From Piromyces finnis finn (Eukaryota > Fungi > Neocallimastigomycota), in contig MCFH01000011.1 of NCBI GenBank assembly GCA_002104945.1, positions 806,001 through 870,000 on the forward strand: DNA of 64,000 nucleotides, read 5' to 3'. The position numbers were made by a program, and so were the translations under genes. The notes below the pieces were generated by a model, which did no database searches, was not told where the DNA came from, and saw only the letters and a list, made by a program, of their open reading frames with translations. Shown here piece after piece: positions 1 through 11,556 of the stretch. Every line of letters starts with the position of its first letter. Positions within the stretch are counted from its first letter, which is position 1.

Positions 1-1
1 T

Positions 2-379
2 AGAGTCTTCCGTACCATTGCTCTTGTTATGGGTATTCCAGAAAATGAATTCCTTACCGGTTATGACAACATCCATGTAAGTTGGAATTATGTTAAGGTT
101 GATATTAACAAGGGTAAGAAATGGTACGTTTTTGATATCCAAGATAAAATTGGTAAAAACACTCTTTGGAACTTAAGTGCCTTTAAGGAAGAAACCAAAT
201 TAGTTGCAACTCTTAAAAAATTTTATGGTAGTGGTTACACTATTAATCCAAATGATTTTGTTATTCTTAACAGACGTTATGTTTATCAAAATGAATCAAG
301 TAACGGACTTAAGGAATCTGAAAACTTCAACGATTGGTTAAAGAGAACCAACGGTGGTGAACGTACTTTAAGTAACTAA
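2..379 (+). CDS. C-terminal part (5'-truncated by the window) of a transglutaminase-like / papain-fold domain protein
   Basis: The frame is open from base 2: RVFRTIALVMGIPENEFLTGYDNIHVSWNYVKVDINKGKKWYVFD. This fits the transglutaminase-like pattern (helix ending in GI, then H-x-W-N, then WY-x-x-D). Codon usage is that of a real gene. The catalytic Cys would lie upstream of the window. Confidence 0.6.
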   Translation, partial: RVFRTIALVMGIPENEFLTGYDNIHVSWNYVKVDINKGKKWYVFDIQDKIGKNTLWNLSAFKEETKLVATLKKFYGSGYTINPNDFVILNRRYVYQNESSNGLKESENFNDWLKRTNGGERTLSN

Positions 380-1309
380 GTTTAATTAATTTTAATATTA
401 AATTAATTATAAAAGGTTTATTTTATTTAAAAAAGAATAGATATATTTTTCTATTAAATAAAAATATAACCTCACAACTTATCATAATAAAATATACTTT
501 TTTTTTTTTTTTTAGAAAAAATGAAATAAAAAGTAAAATAAAAAAATTAGCATAACTAATAATATTATTATAAAAATTAAATAATTAATCCCAAAATAAT
601 TATAAATAATTATATATTAATCCATCATAAATATATATTATCATATAATCATATAATCTATTATTTAATAAAAATATATTTAACAAAAAAACTTTTTTTT
701 TTATGTGTGTATAATGAGTATCTACAAATTAGAATACTAGATCATTTATCACTTTTATTATTTATATTTTATTTCTGTAGAAGGTTTTGAATAGGTAACG
801 TGAAATTTTTAGTATTAAAAAATAAGTAATATACTGTATAACACACACCTTTTATCTGGAGCAACTTTCAAAGAATTGAAATGCCACAAAATGCAAAAAA
901 AAAATATATATATAAATAATATTTATTTCAATAATATTTAAAGTTTTGTAACTCATTTTGTGTTTTATCAATAATATATATATATATATTATAATACCTG
1001 TAACAACAACAACAATAACAACATAGTTAATTGAATGAATAAAAATAAAAGCTATATAATTAAAGCTTTTTTTGTTTAATAATGTACCATTATTACATAC
1101 TACAGGTATTATAAATTACAACAAAAGAATAATTACCCACTCATTAATAATATTATTATAAAAAAAATTAATATAATATCAAACAAAATAAAAACTTTAT
1201 TAAATTTGTTGTTGAATTTTTGAAACTATACATAAAATGAAGCAACACTTTAATTTTGTGTAAATTAATTAATAGAAAAAGAAAATAATGAAATGTCTGA
1301 TAATAGCAA

Positions 1310-1354
1310 TAATAAATAATAAATAATAATAATTAGAATATTAATAATAATTAG

Positions 1355-1405
<51 letters not shown>

Positions 1406-1446
1406 TAGAATATTAAATAATAATAATAATAATAATTAGAATATTA

Positions 1447-1536
<90 letters not shown>

Positions 1537-1565
1537 CTATAATAATAATAATAATAATAATAATC

Positions 1566-1601
<36 letters not shown>

Positions 1602-1670
1602 TAATAATAATTAGAATATTAATAATAATTAGAATAATAATAATAATAATAATAATTAGAATAGTTAATA
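1310..1670. repeat. (AAT)n microsatellite with interspersed AATTAGAAT variant units
   Basis: Directly visible: long aataataat runs broken repeatedly by aattagaat and aatctat. Confidence 0.95.
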
Positions 1671-3740
1671 TTATAAAATGACTATGTTACAAGTACATTG
1701 ATATATGTTTCTTATTCTGTTATTATTATTAAACTTGTGTAATTTCTTTTAATTTTTATAATAATCAATAGTTTTAAGGAAACATTATTTTCAATAATTT
1801 CTCAAAAAAAAAAAAAAACTCTATTGACTTGCCAATCCTCACAGATGATGAATAATGACCCTCGTAGGATCAGAATAACAAACAGATAAAGAGTATAAAG
1901 ATGAATTAAATAATGTTTTTCTGGGATTCATATTGTATTGTTATATTTAATTTAATGCGCCAAAACTATGAAATAAAATTTTTTTCTACTACAAATACAC
2001 AACTAGGTATTACGTTTTGCATTAAAAAAAAAAAAAAAATACCAAATTCTTATTCATATTCAGGTTTTTTGATATAATTATTTTAATAAACTCTGCCTTT
2101 AAAAAAAGTGTAGTAAATCTTTTTTATAGTTATTATTAAACAATGGTCTATATTCTTGTGTAATGTTATTAATAAAATAGAAAAGGTATTTTGTGGTAAA
2201 AAAAAACAACACAAAGTGGTGTTTTGGCATGGTAGTACAAAAATCTTGTTTTTAATTTAAATAACAAATCAAATTAAAATTTTAATATCAAAATTATTTG
2301 TGTAACCCGAATATAAATTTAGATTTTTTAATCAACATTCTCATAATACTATTTTTTAATGGTAATAATATTTAACAGTAATGAATATTATCTTTTGTTA
2401 AGTAGTTTTTAATAAAGTAAAATTTTAAGAATTTTTATATTTTTTTTTTTTACACTAATAACTAATAACATTGCTTTTTATAATAAAACATGATCCTATT
2501 ATTTAACATTGCCTCCAAAGAATTATTATTTAAAATAAAAAAAAAAAACATTTTTTTAATGCCAACAACACCACCTTTCTAACCCATCCTTTCAAATTGG
2601 ATGTATGAATTTAAAGTGGATAAATAATCTATAAAAAAAAATTATTTTAAAATATTTAATCACCACCACAATTTTAATTTAATTTTATATATAAGATTTT
2701 TGGTGTTAAAAAAATGTACCACCATCATGGGATTTTCTTTTTTTTAATTAGATTTGTGATACATTAATTTTAGAAGAGGAGTGAATTAACCAAAGAAAAA
2801 AAAATAATAATAATAAACTATATTAAAAAATGAAGTAGATTTTATCTAAAAAAAGAGTTCATGTTTTCAACTGTAAAAAAACTTTAAATGATACTAAAAG
2901 ATTTAATAGATATCCTATTTCATACAAGCAATAGAAATTTTAATAGTGGTATTAAGAATGTTTTAGTAGATTAATCTAAATAATTTCACTCTCCTCAGGT
3001 ACTACCTCATTCATATTTTTACTTGGTTCGACTTAACAAATTCTATTGTATTGATAATAGTTTATTTTAATAAATAAATAGAAAAAATCACAATAGTAAT
3101 ACTTAATTTATTTTTTATTTTATCATTTTACAAATTTATTAAAAATATATTAATTTAATTTAGTTAAAAAGTATATTTATTAATGTTTTAATAATTTTTT
3201 CTTTTATAAATATTATAAAGATGAACCAATTATTTTTATATTTGTTCCTCTCTATTGTTTGTAATTTCCTTTTTATTATCCAAACTCTATTTATTATTAT
3301 TTTAAATATTAATTTATTATTATTATTTAATGTAGTATTTTTTTGAGTTCAACCATTAGAGATTTATCTTTTTTTGTCATGAATTTTAATTTAAAGGTTT
3401 TTACTTTACTGGGAAAAGAATTTAATTTTTGCTTGTTATTCAAACCTATCTTTTTTATTAATTTGTAGTTGACTCCTCTCTCCAAAATAATTTGTTGGTG
3501 TAACTTTTTTATTTTAAAAGGTAAAAAAAAATACACTTTTTTTTTTTTTAAAAAATTTATTTTTTAATTGTAAATATAGATATTACTAATATATATATTA
3601 GTAATGAAAAACTGATAAAAATAATGATTTTATTATAATTAAAAAATATAAATTAGTCAATGGTAATTTAAATACGGTAAATAAAATAATAAATAAAAAA
3701 AAAAGACCATTCATAATAATAATAATAATAATAAATAAAG

Positions 3741-4826
3741 ATGACCAATATAATACTATCAAAAGATGGTAATAAAGCAGATACAATTCAATATTGTTTA
3801 ACAAAATTAATTGTGAGTATTTTCTTTCCATGGACTTGTATTATTTTTCTCATAACAAGTAAAAACAGAAGAAAGTTAATTATCATACTTTTGGTTTTAC
3901 ATTGGCTTCTTCGATGTATTGGGGATATGTTTGAAAGTAGTTTAGGAATTTATCCAAAAAATATTGATAAATGGCCATACGGCAATGAACAATGGTTAAA
4001 AAGTTACGGAATTGCTAGTATATTTTGGCACTTGAGTGAAATAATAGGAGATTGGTATCTCTTAATAAGAACAAAAGTTATTGTCCGGGATAAAAAACAG
4101 CTAAGATGGGTATTCATTACCTGTGGGTTATACAACATTGTAAAGAGTCTTCAAATGTATACATTTTTATCCTACGTGCCATTTAGAACTGGTTATAATT
4201 ATGAAAATCCAAATCAAGATGATATTTATGTATTAGATATGGCAGAGAATAAATTCATGAAATGGTCCAATGTCGCCTTTCAACAATTATGTAGTTTAGC
4301 CTACGATATATCCGTAATTATCGCTTTAAAAAGAAATGTATTTAATAATAAAGAAAGTTTAAATCTTGTGGACAGTAATGGCAATTCTTTTTTAAGAAAA
4401 TTTAAGCAAATATCAGAATATCGTATATACCTCTCCATTTTGGTGACCATGTGTGGTATACCTTTAATCTTTATGTATTCTCTTCGGGTGATGTATTGCA
4501 GAAATTCAAGTATAGCCTTGAAGGATTATGAAAGATTAGAAATTGTTGGTAAATTCATGGATGATCAAAGTATTGATTCTATTAGAGTTTTAGTACTAAA
4601 CTTTAATTATATTTTTATGTATGTTGATCAATTTTTACTAAGGTATTATGTGGAGAACAATGATCAATCAACGTATAACTATTCAAATAGTCATAGCACA
4701 CCAAAATCACCATTAGATTATAATTTGGTTTATCATAATACCAGTAATAATGAATATAATACAAAAAATATTATAAATACAAATTTAAATTCAAACCCAC
4801 AATATTATAATGTTGTGTTTAACTAA
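3741..4826 (+). CDS. Single-exon orphan 7-transmembrane (GPCR-like topology) protein, 361 aa
   Basis: About seven hydrophobic segments by eye (LIVSIFFPWTCIIFLI; LIIILLVLHWLLRCIGD; YGIASIFWHLSEIIGDWY; WVFITCGLYNIVKSLQMY; NVAFQQLCSLAYDISVIIAL; IYLSILVTMCGIPLIFMYSL; IRVLVLNFNYIFMYVDQFLL), a DWY triplet at the end of TM3, and a Ser/Asn-rich C-tail. Confidence 0.7.
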   Translation: MTNIILSKDGNKADTIQYCLTKLIVSIFFPWTCIIFLITSKNRRKLIIILLVLHWLLRCIGDMFESSLGIYPKNIDKWPYGNEQWLKSYGIASIFWHLSEIIGDWYLLIRTKVIVRDKKQLRWVFITCGLYNIVKSLQMYTFLSYVPFRTGYNYENPNQDDIYVLDMAENKFMKWSNVAFQQLCSLAYDISVIIALKRNVFNNKESLNLVDSNGNSFLRKFKQISEYRIYLSILVTMCGIPLIFMYSLRVMYCRNSSIALKDYERLEIVGKFMDDQSIDSIRVLVLNFNYIFMYVDQFLLRYYVENNDQSTYNYSNSHSTPKSPLDYNLVYHNTSNNEYNTKNIINTNLNSNPQYYNVVFN

Positions 4827-5596
4827 AAGATACCAAATAATTAAAAAAAAAAAAAAAAAAAGCACACGTATACCCACGTACACATATTAAATATATTAAG
4901 ATATTATAATAAATGAAATAGTATAATTTGAAATTAAAAAAAAAAAAAAAAAAATTTAAATATAAAAATAAACCATTACAGAATAATAATGGTTTTTATT
5001 CTTAACCAAATAGAGCCATTACCCGTACATTGTAACTATCCTTTTTAAATCAATCTTATTAATATTCTACATTATTTTTACATTAATGATAAATTAATAG
5101 AGTATATAATACAGTTATATATAGAGAGAGTTTCATAAGTATATTTATTATACAAAAAAAAAAAAAAAAAACTTTTTTTTTTTTTTTAAAAATAATTGAT
5201 AGATTTATAGAAATAGATGTATATATATTAAAAAAATTAAAAAAAAAAAAAAAACTAAACAAAAAATAAAAAATCTAAATAAATATATATAGTTTTTAAA
5301 TATTAATATAAAATGTTAAAAGTTTTTTTTTTAAATGTATTAATTTTTAAAAAAATTATTTACATCATTTCCCCTTTTTATTCAATGATGATAAAAGATG
5401 CTTTTTAAAAATACTTTAGGAATTATTTTTTGAGACGTAATCGTACCTTTTTTTTTTATTTATTTATTTATTATGATGATCTATCATTGACTATTTTATT
5501 AACACTAGTATTATTAAATAATCTATTAGTAGTAGCAGTAGCAGTAGTAGTTGTTGTTATAGTGGTTATTCTATCTGTAATAATTTTTATTCATTT

Positions 5597-6117
5597 TTAT
5601 TTTTTCAAGAAAATTTGTTCTAGTATATAGGCTTCTCCATCTTCATCATTTGATTTAGTAACACCAGTAGCAATGGACTTTAATTCTTCCAAAGCATTTT
5701 TCATGGCATATTTCCATCCGGCAACCTTAAACATTGAGGTATCATTTAATCCATCACCAAAAGCAATAACTTGTTCTGGTTTTAAATTTAAAGTTTGCAT
5801 AATGTATTTTAATGCTTCCCCTTTATTACAATTTACAGGAACAACTTCTATACATATAGGAATAGCCATAGTATGTTCAACGCTATCATAATTCTTCATG
5901 AAATCAAGAATAGTTGGCTTAAACTCTATTAATTTAAATAATATATATATATATATATAATGAAATAAGAAGGATATAAAAAAAAATTGTTAGTATTTCC
6001 TATTTTTAATACAACTACGACCTATTTACTTTTTAATTTAAAATTATTGGAATAAATTAAATGTACATATAAATTATTTAATTTCCTTTATTTCTATTAA
6101 ATTATTGTTATTCTAAC

Positions 6118-6171
<54 letters not shown>

Positions 6172-7239
6172 TTAGTCTCATTATTATATATACCTTTAAT
6201 GATGGCTTCTTCTGCAAATAAACAAATTTTATTACATTTTATTTCACCTGTCTTTAATTTTGTGAAAAGTTCTTGTTCGTCAATCATAACAACATCTTCA
6301 TCATACCCAATCATAGTTTCATTAAATAATTCATCGGTGGTGTAACAAATGTCACCACAATATAAGAAATAGGTGTAAGGTTTATTTATTGGAATAAATG
6401 TCTTTTCATAAAATTGAAGGTTTTCAATAATAATTTGTGGGTCTAAAAAGGTTTCATGAATAATTTTACCCTTATCATCATAAATAATACAACCATTGGT
6501 ATGAACTGCTGGACATCTTGGTTTATTTTCAATATTCAAATTTTTACGAATAAGTTTTGTGGAAAAGGATGTTTTTCCGGTAGCTAAAATAAAACTTACA
6601 TCTTGATATTTATCTAGAACTTCATTAATAACTTTAACAGTATAATCAGAAACCTTGTGCTTTGAATTTTGAAGAGTACCATCAACATCTAATCATTTGA
6701 ATTTTGAACCATTGAAAAAAAAAAAAAAGACATTTGAATTTAGAACCATTGAAAAAAAAAAAAAAAAAAACATGTACATATTTAATAATTAATATATTTC
6801 TTTTTAATACTAATTTTAAATTATTAAAATTTTATTATCATTATCATTATTATTTTCATAATTTTTATCTTAAAATCGCATTTTTATTATAAAAAGTTTT
6901 TTCTTTTCTTATTATTATTTTTAAAGTTTTCAAAATGACGGTGTAATTACATTTCTTTAGAGTGTCATTTTAATTTTAAATATTCAATAAATTCATAAAT
7001 GACGATATACACCAGTGATTGAATAAAAATAACATTGTTTTTGTTAACAATAATTCATATCCTACAACATTTTTATTATTAATATTATTTAAAATGTTGT
7101 TTTATTATGCTTTTTTTTTTTTTTTTAATTTTATTATAATATAGGAAATTTAAATTTTTTAAACATTATAATCCATTTCTAAATGATATATACCAGTAAT
7201 GATTAATTTAATTTGGTCAGAAGTAGGTAAGCTAAGCAT
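5597..7239 (-). CDS. Cof-type HAD-superfamily hydrolase (subfamily IIB phosphatase), 3 exons, ~289 aa
   Basis: Exons 7239-7194, 6688-6194 and 5925-5597 join at GT-AG junctions in frame. They give MLSLPTSDQIKLIIT-DVDGTL (motif I), LATGK (motif II), AVHTNG, EVVPVNCNKGEAL (motif III Lys) and FGDGLND (motif IV). Confidence 0.92.
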
Positions 7240-10200
7240 TTTTTTTTTTAATTCTTTTATTATTGAGATTTGTTATTGTTATTATTTATATCAAAAAAAA
7301 AAAAAAAAAGTGAAAAAATGAAAATTTAATTTTTATTTTATTTTATTTTTTTTTTTTTTTTAAAATAGGTTGTTTATTTTTACTAAAAAAAAAATTAGGA
7401 AAACTTTAATGGAAATTCTTTCCACCTAATCATTAATAATTAAGATGGTTGATGGGTCAGATGACTAACTTAAATTTTTTGAAGAAGAAAAAGAAACTCT
7501 TTTTTTTTTTTCAAATATCTATTGAAACTTGAAAAAAAAAAAAGTTTTTTTTTTTTTTTCATCATCCTATATTATTTTTATTTTTATACTATTAAAATGT
7601 AAAGTTTTTTTTTTTTTTTTTTAATATTTAAATAATTATTGGATTGTTTTATCCTATGGAAACTTTTTCATTTATTAAAGTATTTGAAGGTATGGATGAT
7701 ACATTTTTAACAAATATATCCAGTCCATTATATTTATTTTTATACTAAAAAAACAACCACTCTTATTTTTCCCTACTCCCCTGCTATTAATAAAGGAAAA
7801 ATATAATATAAAAAAAATTCCTTTTTTTTTTTACTACACTTTTATAATACTAATTTTACTACTTTGATAATAATTTTTTTTAAATTGACTAAAAATAACA
7901 CTAGAAAAATTAAATATATAGAATTAAATTTAGAAAAAGCAATAACAATCAAAACAACAATAATAAATATATTTCATTTTAATATAATATTCATAATTCT
8001 ATATATATCTTCTTCACTTTATTTTTTTGAGATCCATTGAAAAAATTCAATGAACATTGGAAGAATTTAGAAACTTGAAAGAATAAGAATGGCAGTTTTT
8101 CTTTTTGGAATTTCAATTTTATAATTTTATAATTTTAAAGGTTTTCAATTTCAATTTCAATACCAATTTAGCTTTGGATTTCGTAAGTTTCCCATAGAAT
8201 CAAGTATGGAAAGAATATCTTTTTCTTTTCGTAAAATTAATTCGAAACTAAAGAATCCGATATGGCGATAGATACACTAAATTCTCATGGTCTATAATAC
8301 TACTAGCAATTAAGTTGTTCTTAATCATTACTGATTTCCACAAAGAATTCTAATGGTTTTTATCCATTTCTCTGATAAAAATTATTAGATTCAGGATAGA
8401 ACTTAAAAGTATTTTTATATATTCAAAAAATAAAGTTTTGTATTTTGAACATATAAAATTAAAAAGTTTTTTTTTTCTTTTAGAATAATTTTAAATAATG
8501 GATAAATTGATATAGGACAAATAAATAAAATAAAAATATTGTTAAATATATTTAAGAAAAATTAAAGTAAAAAAAAAAAAAAGATAATATTTTTTTTTTA
8601 TCTCTATGTGCCATGTGCCATTGTTGTTATTAATTTCCCTTTATGATGTTATTTGCCATTAAAATAAATTTTAATTTTACATTTAATGTGGCTTGTATTA
8701 TCATAAAATTTTATGTCTATTATAGATGTACATTAAATTATTTTATGATATCTTCCGCCTCAAATCTAAACTAAAAAAAAAGTACAAAATTATATGGATC
8801 GAACCTACCTTGCAGTTAACTTTATAACATTGATAAATCATTAATGATTACATTTTCACTTTATATAGAATGATATAAATGAATTGTAAATAATAATTTG
8901 TCAAAGCATCAATTTTTGATAATAAAAATTTAAAAGATAAAAGATGATTTATGTTATTATTATACAGATAATGCTCTTTATTTTACGGGTAGAAATAGTG
9001 AATTCTTTCTTTTTTTTTTTTTTTTTTTAATATTTTTCTTATTTTAGGGATGCATGATTATTAAAATATATATTATTTTAATCAACCCATTTCATGTAGA
9101 TAAAGATTAAAATATAGATGAATTTATTTTTTCAACCTTTCAAAACCATATCCTTCCATTGATAATACTTTTTTTATATAGTTCAAATTAAGAATGATTT
9201 ATATTATATACAATAGATCCTGTCACTTTTTATCTTTATATTTGTTGGTGAGGATGATTTGTATATTCTCTACAATTAAATTGTAAGAAAATAAAACTTT
9301 TTTTACCATAGTCTATTTAAACTTTTAATTTTTTTTTTAAAGTTTTAAAAATAATTTTAAATTTCAATTCATTAAAATAGTTTAGAATTCATTTCATAAA
9401 CCATGCTTTAACATAATGAAATATATAAAAAAAGAAAAGTTAAAAGTAATTTCGTTTCCTTTTACTCTTTTCTCTCTTTTTTTATTATAAAATTGGTGTG
9501 TTGCACTTTTGCATTCAAAAAAAAATCAACGAAAAAAAGAATTTACTTTTATAAAAACTTAATTTTTTTGTGTCACCCATTTAATTTAAAATGTTACAAA
9601 TTTAAATTTACACGCATGCTTATTGGTTAAAATTTTTATAAAAGTTTTAAAAACCATTAATTTAAAAAAAAAAAATTTTAAAACCAGAAAAAGTAAAGAA
9701 GTAAAAAAAAAAAAAAAAGATGGGTAGTTTCAGTAGTAAGCTAACAACAAAAAACAATAAAAAAAAGAGGTTTTTTTTTGAAAGGAAATAAAAAGACATT
9801 TTTTTTATTAATCTTCATGATAATAATGAAATAAAAACTTTTCTTTTTTTTTATGTCTACTCTATCATCATAAAATCATTCTATTACTCATACACATTTT
9901 ATACGATGTTGTGTTATAGTAAAAATGTGTTTATCAATTAATAATATTCTTTATATTTCATACTTTTTTTTATAATAATAATTAGAATAATTAGAATAAT
10001 TGGAATAATAATAATAAATGTATGATGATTTAAAAAATAAAAACTTGAAAGTTTTGTTTAAAAGTGTGGTGGTTCATTTAAAAAAATAAAAAAAATATTA
10101 CCTTTGCATCTGGTTGGTTTTTTATCATTTAAAACTTTTATTAATTTTTATGTGTGTCATTTAAAGTTTGGCATCTAATTAAAAAATTAATAAAAAAAAA

Positions 10201-10452
10201 AGTATAAATAGAGTAAGTTTTTTCTTTAAAATAAAAATTAAAAAATAAAAAACAAAAAATAAAAATAAATAAAAAATAAAATAAAATTAAAAGAAATCAA
10301 TTTATAAAAAAAAAATATATCTATTTTAAAGAGAGAGTAATAAAAATAAAAATAAAAAAACAAACAAAAAATAAAATAGAAATTTAAACAAACATTTATA
10401 GAATTAATAAAAAAAGTTTAGATATTATTCAATATAATAAATAAAAATAAAA

Positions 10453-11556
10453 ATGAAATCTGCTATTTTTAGTCAAATTTTATTCACTTTATTTGTTGTC
10501 TTTGTTAGCATTTCAAGTGCTAGAGGTGGACGTTGCTTTGTAAAAAAACACCCAAAGGATATTGAAATTATTGCTAATGGTGAAGGTAGTAGTAGTGAAG
10601 AAGAAACTGAAGTTTTAACTACTATTATTACCATTATCGAATCTACTACTATCACTATTCCAGAAGAAACAACTACTATTTTAAATGAAGAAACTTCAAT
10701 TCCAATTGAATCAACTACAACTGTTTCTACTCCAATTGAATCAACTCCAGTTGCTACTTCAGTCGCTACTCCAGTTGAATCAACTACTGAAGCTAAGGAT
10801 ATTCCAACTAGTACTAAGACTTTACCAGTAACTAGTTCAAAGACTCTTCCAGCTGAAACTCCAGCTAAGACTCTTCCAGCTGAATCTGCTAAGACTCTTC
10901 CAGCTGAAACTCCAGCTAAGACTCTTCCAGCTGAATCTACTAAGACTCTTCCAGCTGAAACTCCAGCTAAGACTCTTCCAGCTGAATCTGCTAAGACCAC
11001 TAAAGCTGAATCTACTAAGACTACTAAGGATGAAGACAAGGCTACTGGTGTCAAGACTCTTCCAACCACTGCCAAGAACCCACCAAATACTGGTTTAAAG
11101 ACTATTCCAACCAAGACTATTCCAGCTGAAGCTTTAGGTAAGACTACTGGTACTAAGACTCTTCCAGCTGAATCTACTAAGACTCTTCCAGCTGAAACTC
11201 CAGCTAAGACTCTTCCAGCTGAATCTGCTAAGACCACTAAAGCTGAATCTACTAAGACTACTAAGGATGAAGACAAGGCTACTGGTGTCAAGACTCTTCC
11301 AACCACTGCCAAGAACCCACCAAATACTGGTTTAAAGACTATTCCAACTAAGACTATTCCAGCTGAAGCTTTAGGTAAGACTACCAAGACTATCATAAAG
11401 ACTGTCACTAAAACTATCCCAACAGAATCCATTGAAACTAAGACTGGTTCTGCTGCTTCTGAAACTTTAGTTAATGATCTTCCATTTGAAGACTTATTAG
11501 TCTCTCTTGAAGAATTTGTTAAGACTGCTTCAGAACATCTTTCAGAATCTGCCTAA
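10453..11556 (+). CDS. Secreted Thr/Pro/Ala/Lys-rich mucin-like repeat protein, 367 aa
   Basis: Signal peptide (MKSAIFSQILFTLFVVFVSISSA), a short RCFVKK segment, many KTLPAE(T/S) repeats and strongly biased codon usage (aag/act/cca/gct/gaa). No catalytic domain recognisable. Confidence 0.85.
   Translation: MKSAIFSQILFTLFVVFVSISSARGGRCFVKKHPKDIEIIANGEGSSSEEETEVLTTIITIIESTTITIPEETTTILNEETSIPIESTTTVSTPIESTPVATSVATPVESTTEAKDIPTSTKTLPVTSSKTLPAETPAKTLPAESAKTLPAETPAKTLPAESTKTLPAETPAKTLPAESAKTTKAESTKTTKDEDKATGVKTLPTTAKNPPNTGLKTIPTKTIPAEALGKTTGTKTLPAESTKTLPAETPAKTLPAESAKTTKAESTKTTKDEDKATGVKTLPTTAKNPPNTGLKTIPTKTIPAEALGKTTKTIIKTVTKTIPTESIETKTGSAASETLVNDLPFEDLLVSLEEFVKTASEHLSESA
10918..11385 (+). repeat. 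Near-perfect in-frame 237-bp (79-aa) tandem duplication, itself built from 24-27-bp KTLPAE units
   Basis: The block starting KTLPAESTKTLPAETPAKTLPAESAKTTKAESTKTTKDEDKATGV begins at 10918 and again at 11155. Confidence 0.95.

Noticed and set aside
3020-3040. GGTTCGA T-loop-like word
   Set aside because: No cloverleaf stems around it; no tRNA or rRNA genes were detected in the window.
8040-8420. GC-richer stretch whose minus strand faintly resembles retroelement integrase or RT
   Set aside because: Multiple stops in every frame and no diagnostic motif; needs TBLASTX to decide.
10473-11432. 319-aa antisense ORF rich in V/L/A/G
   Set aside because: Shadow of the codon-biased repeat gene on the + strand.
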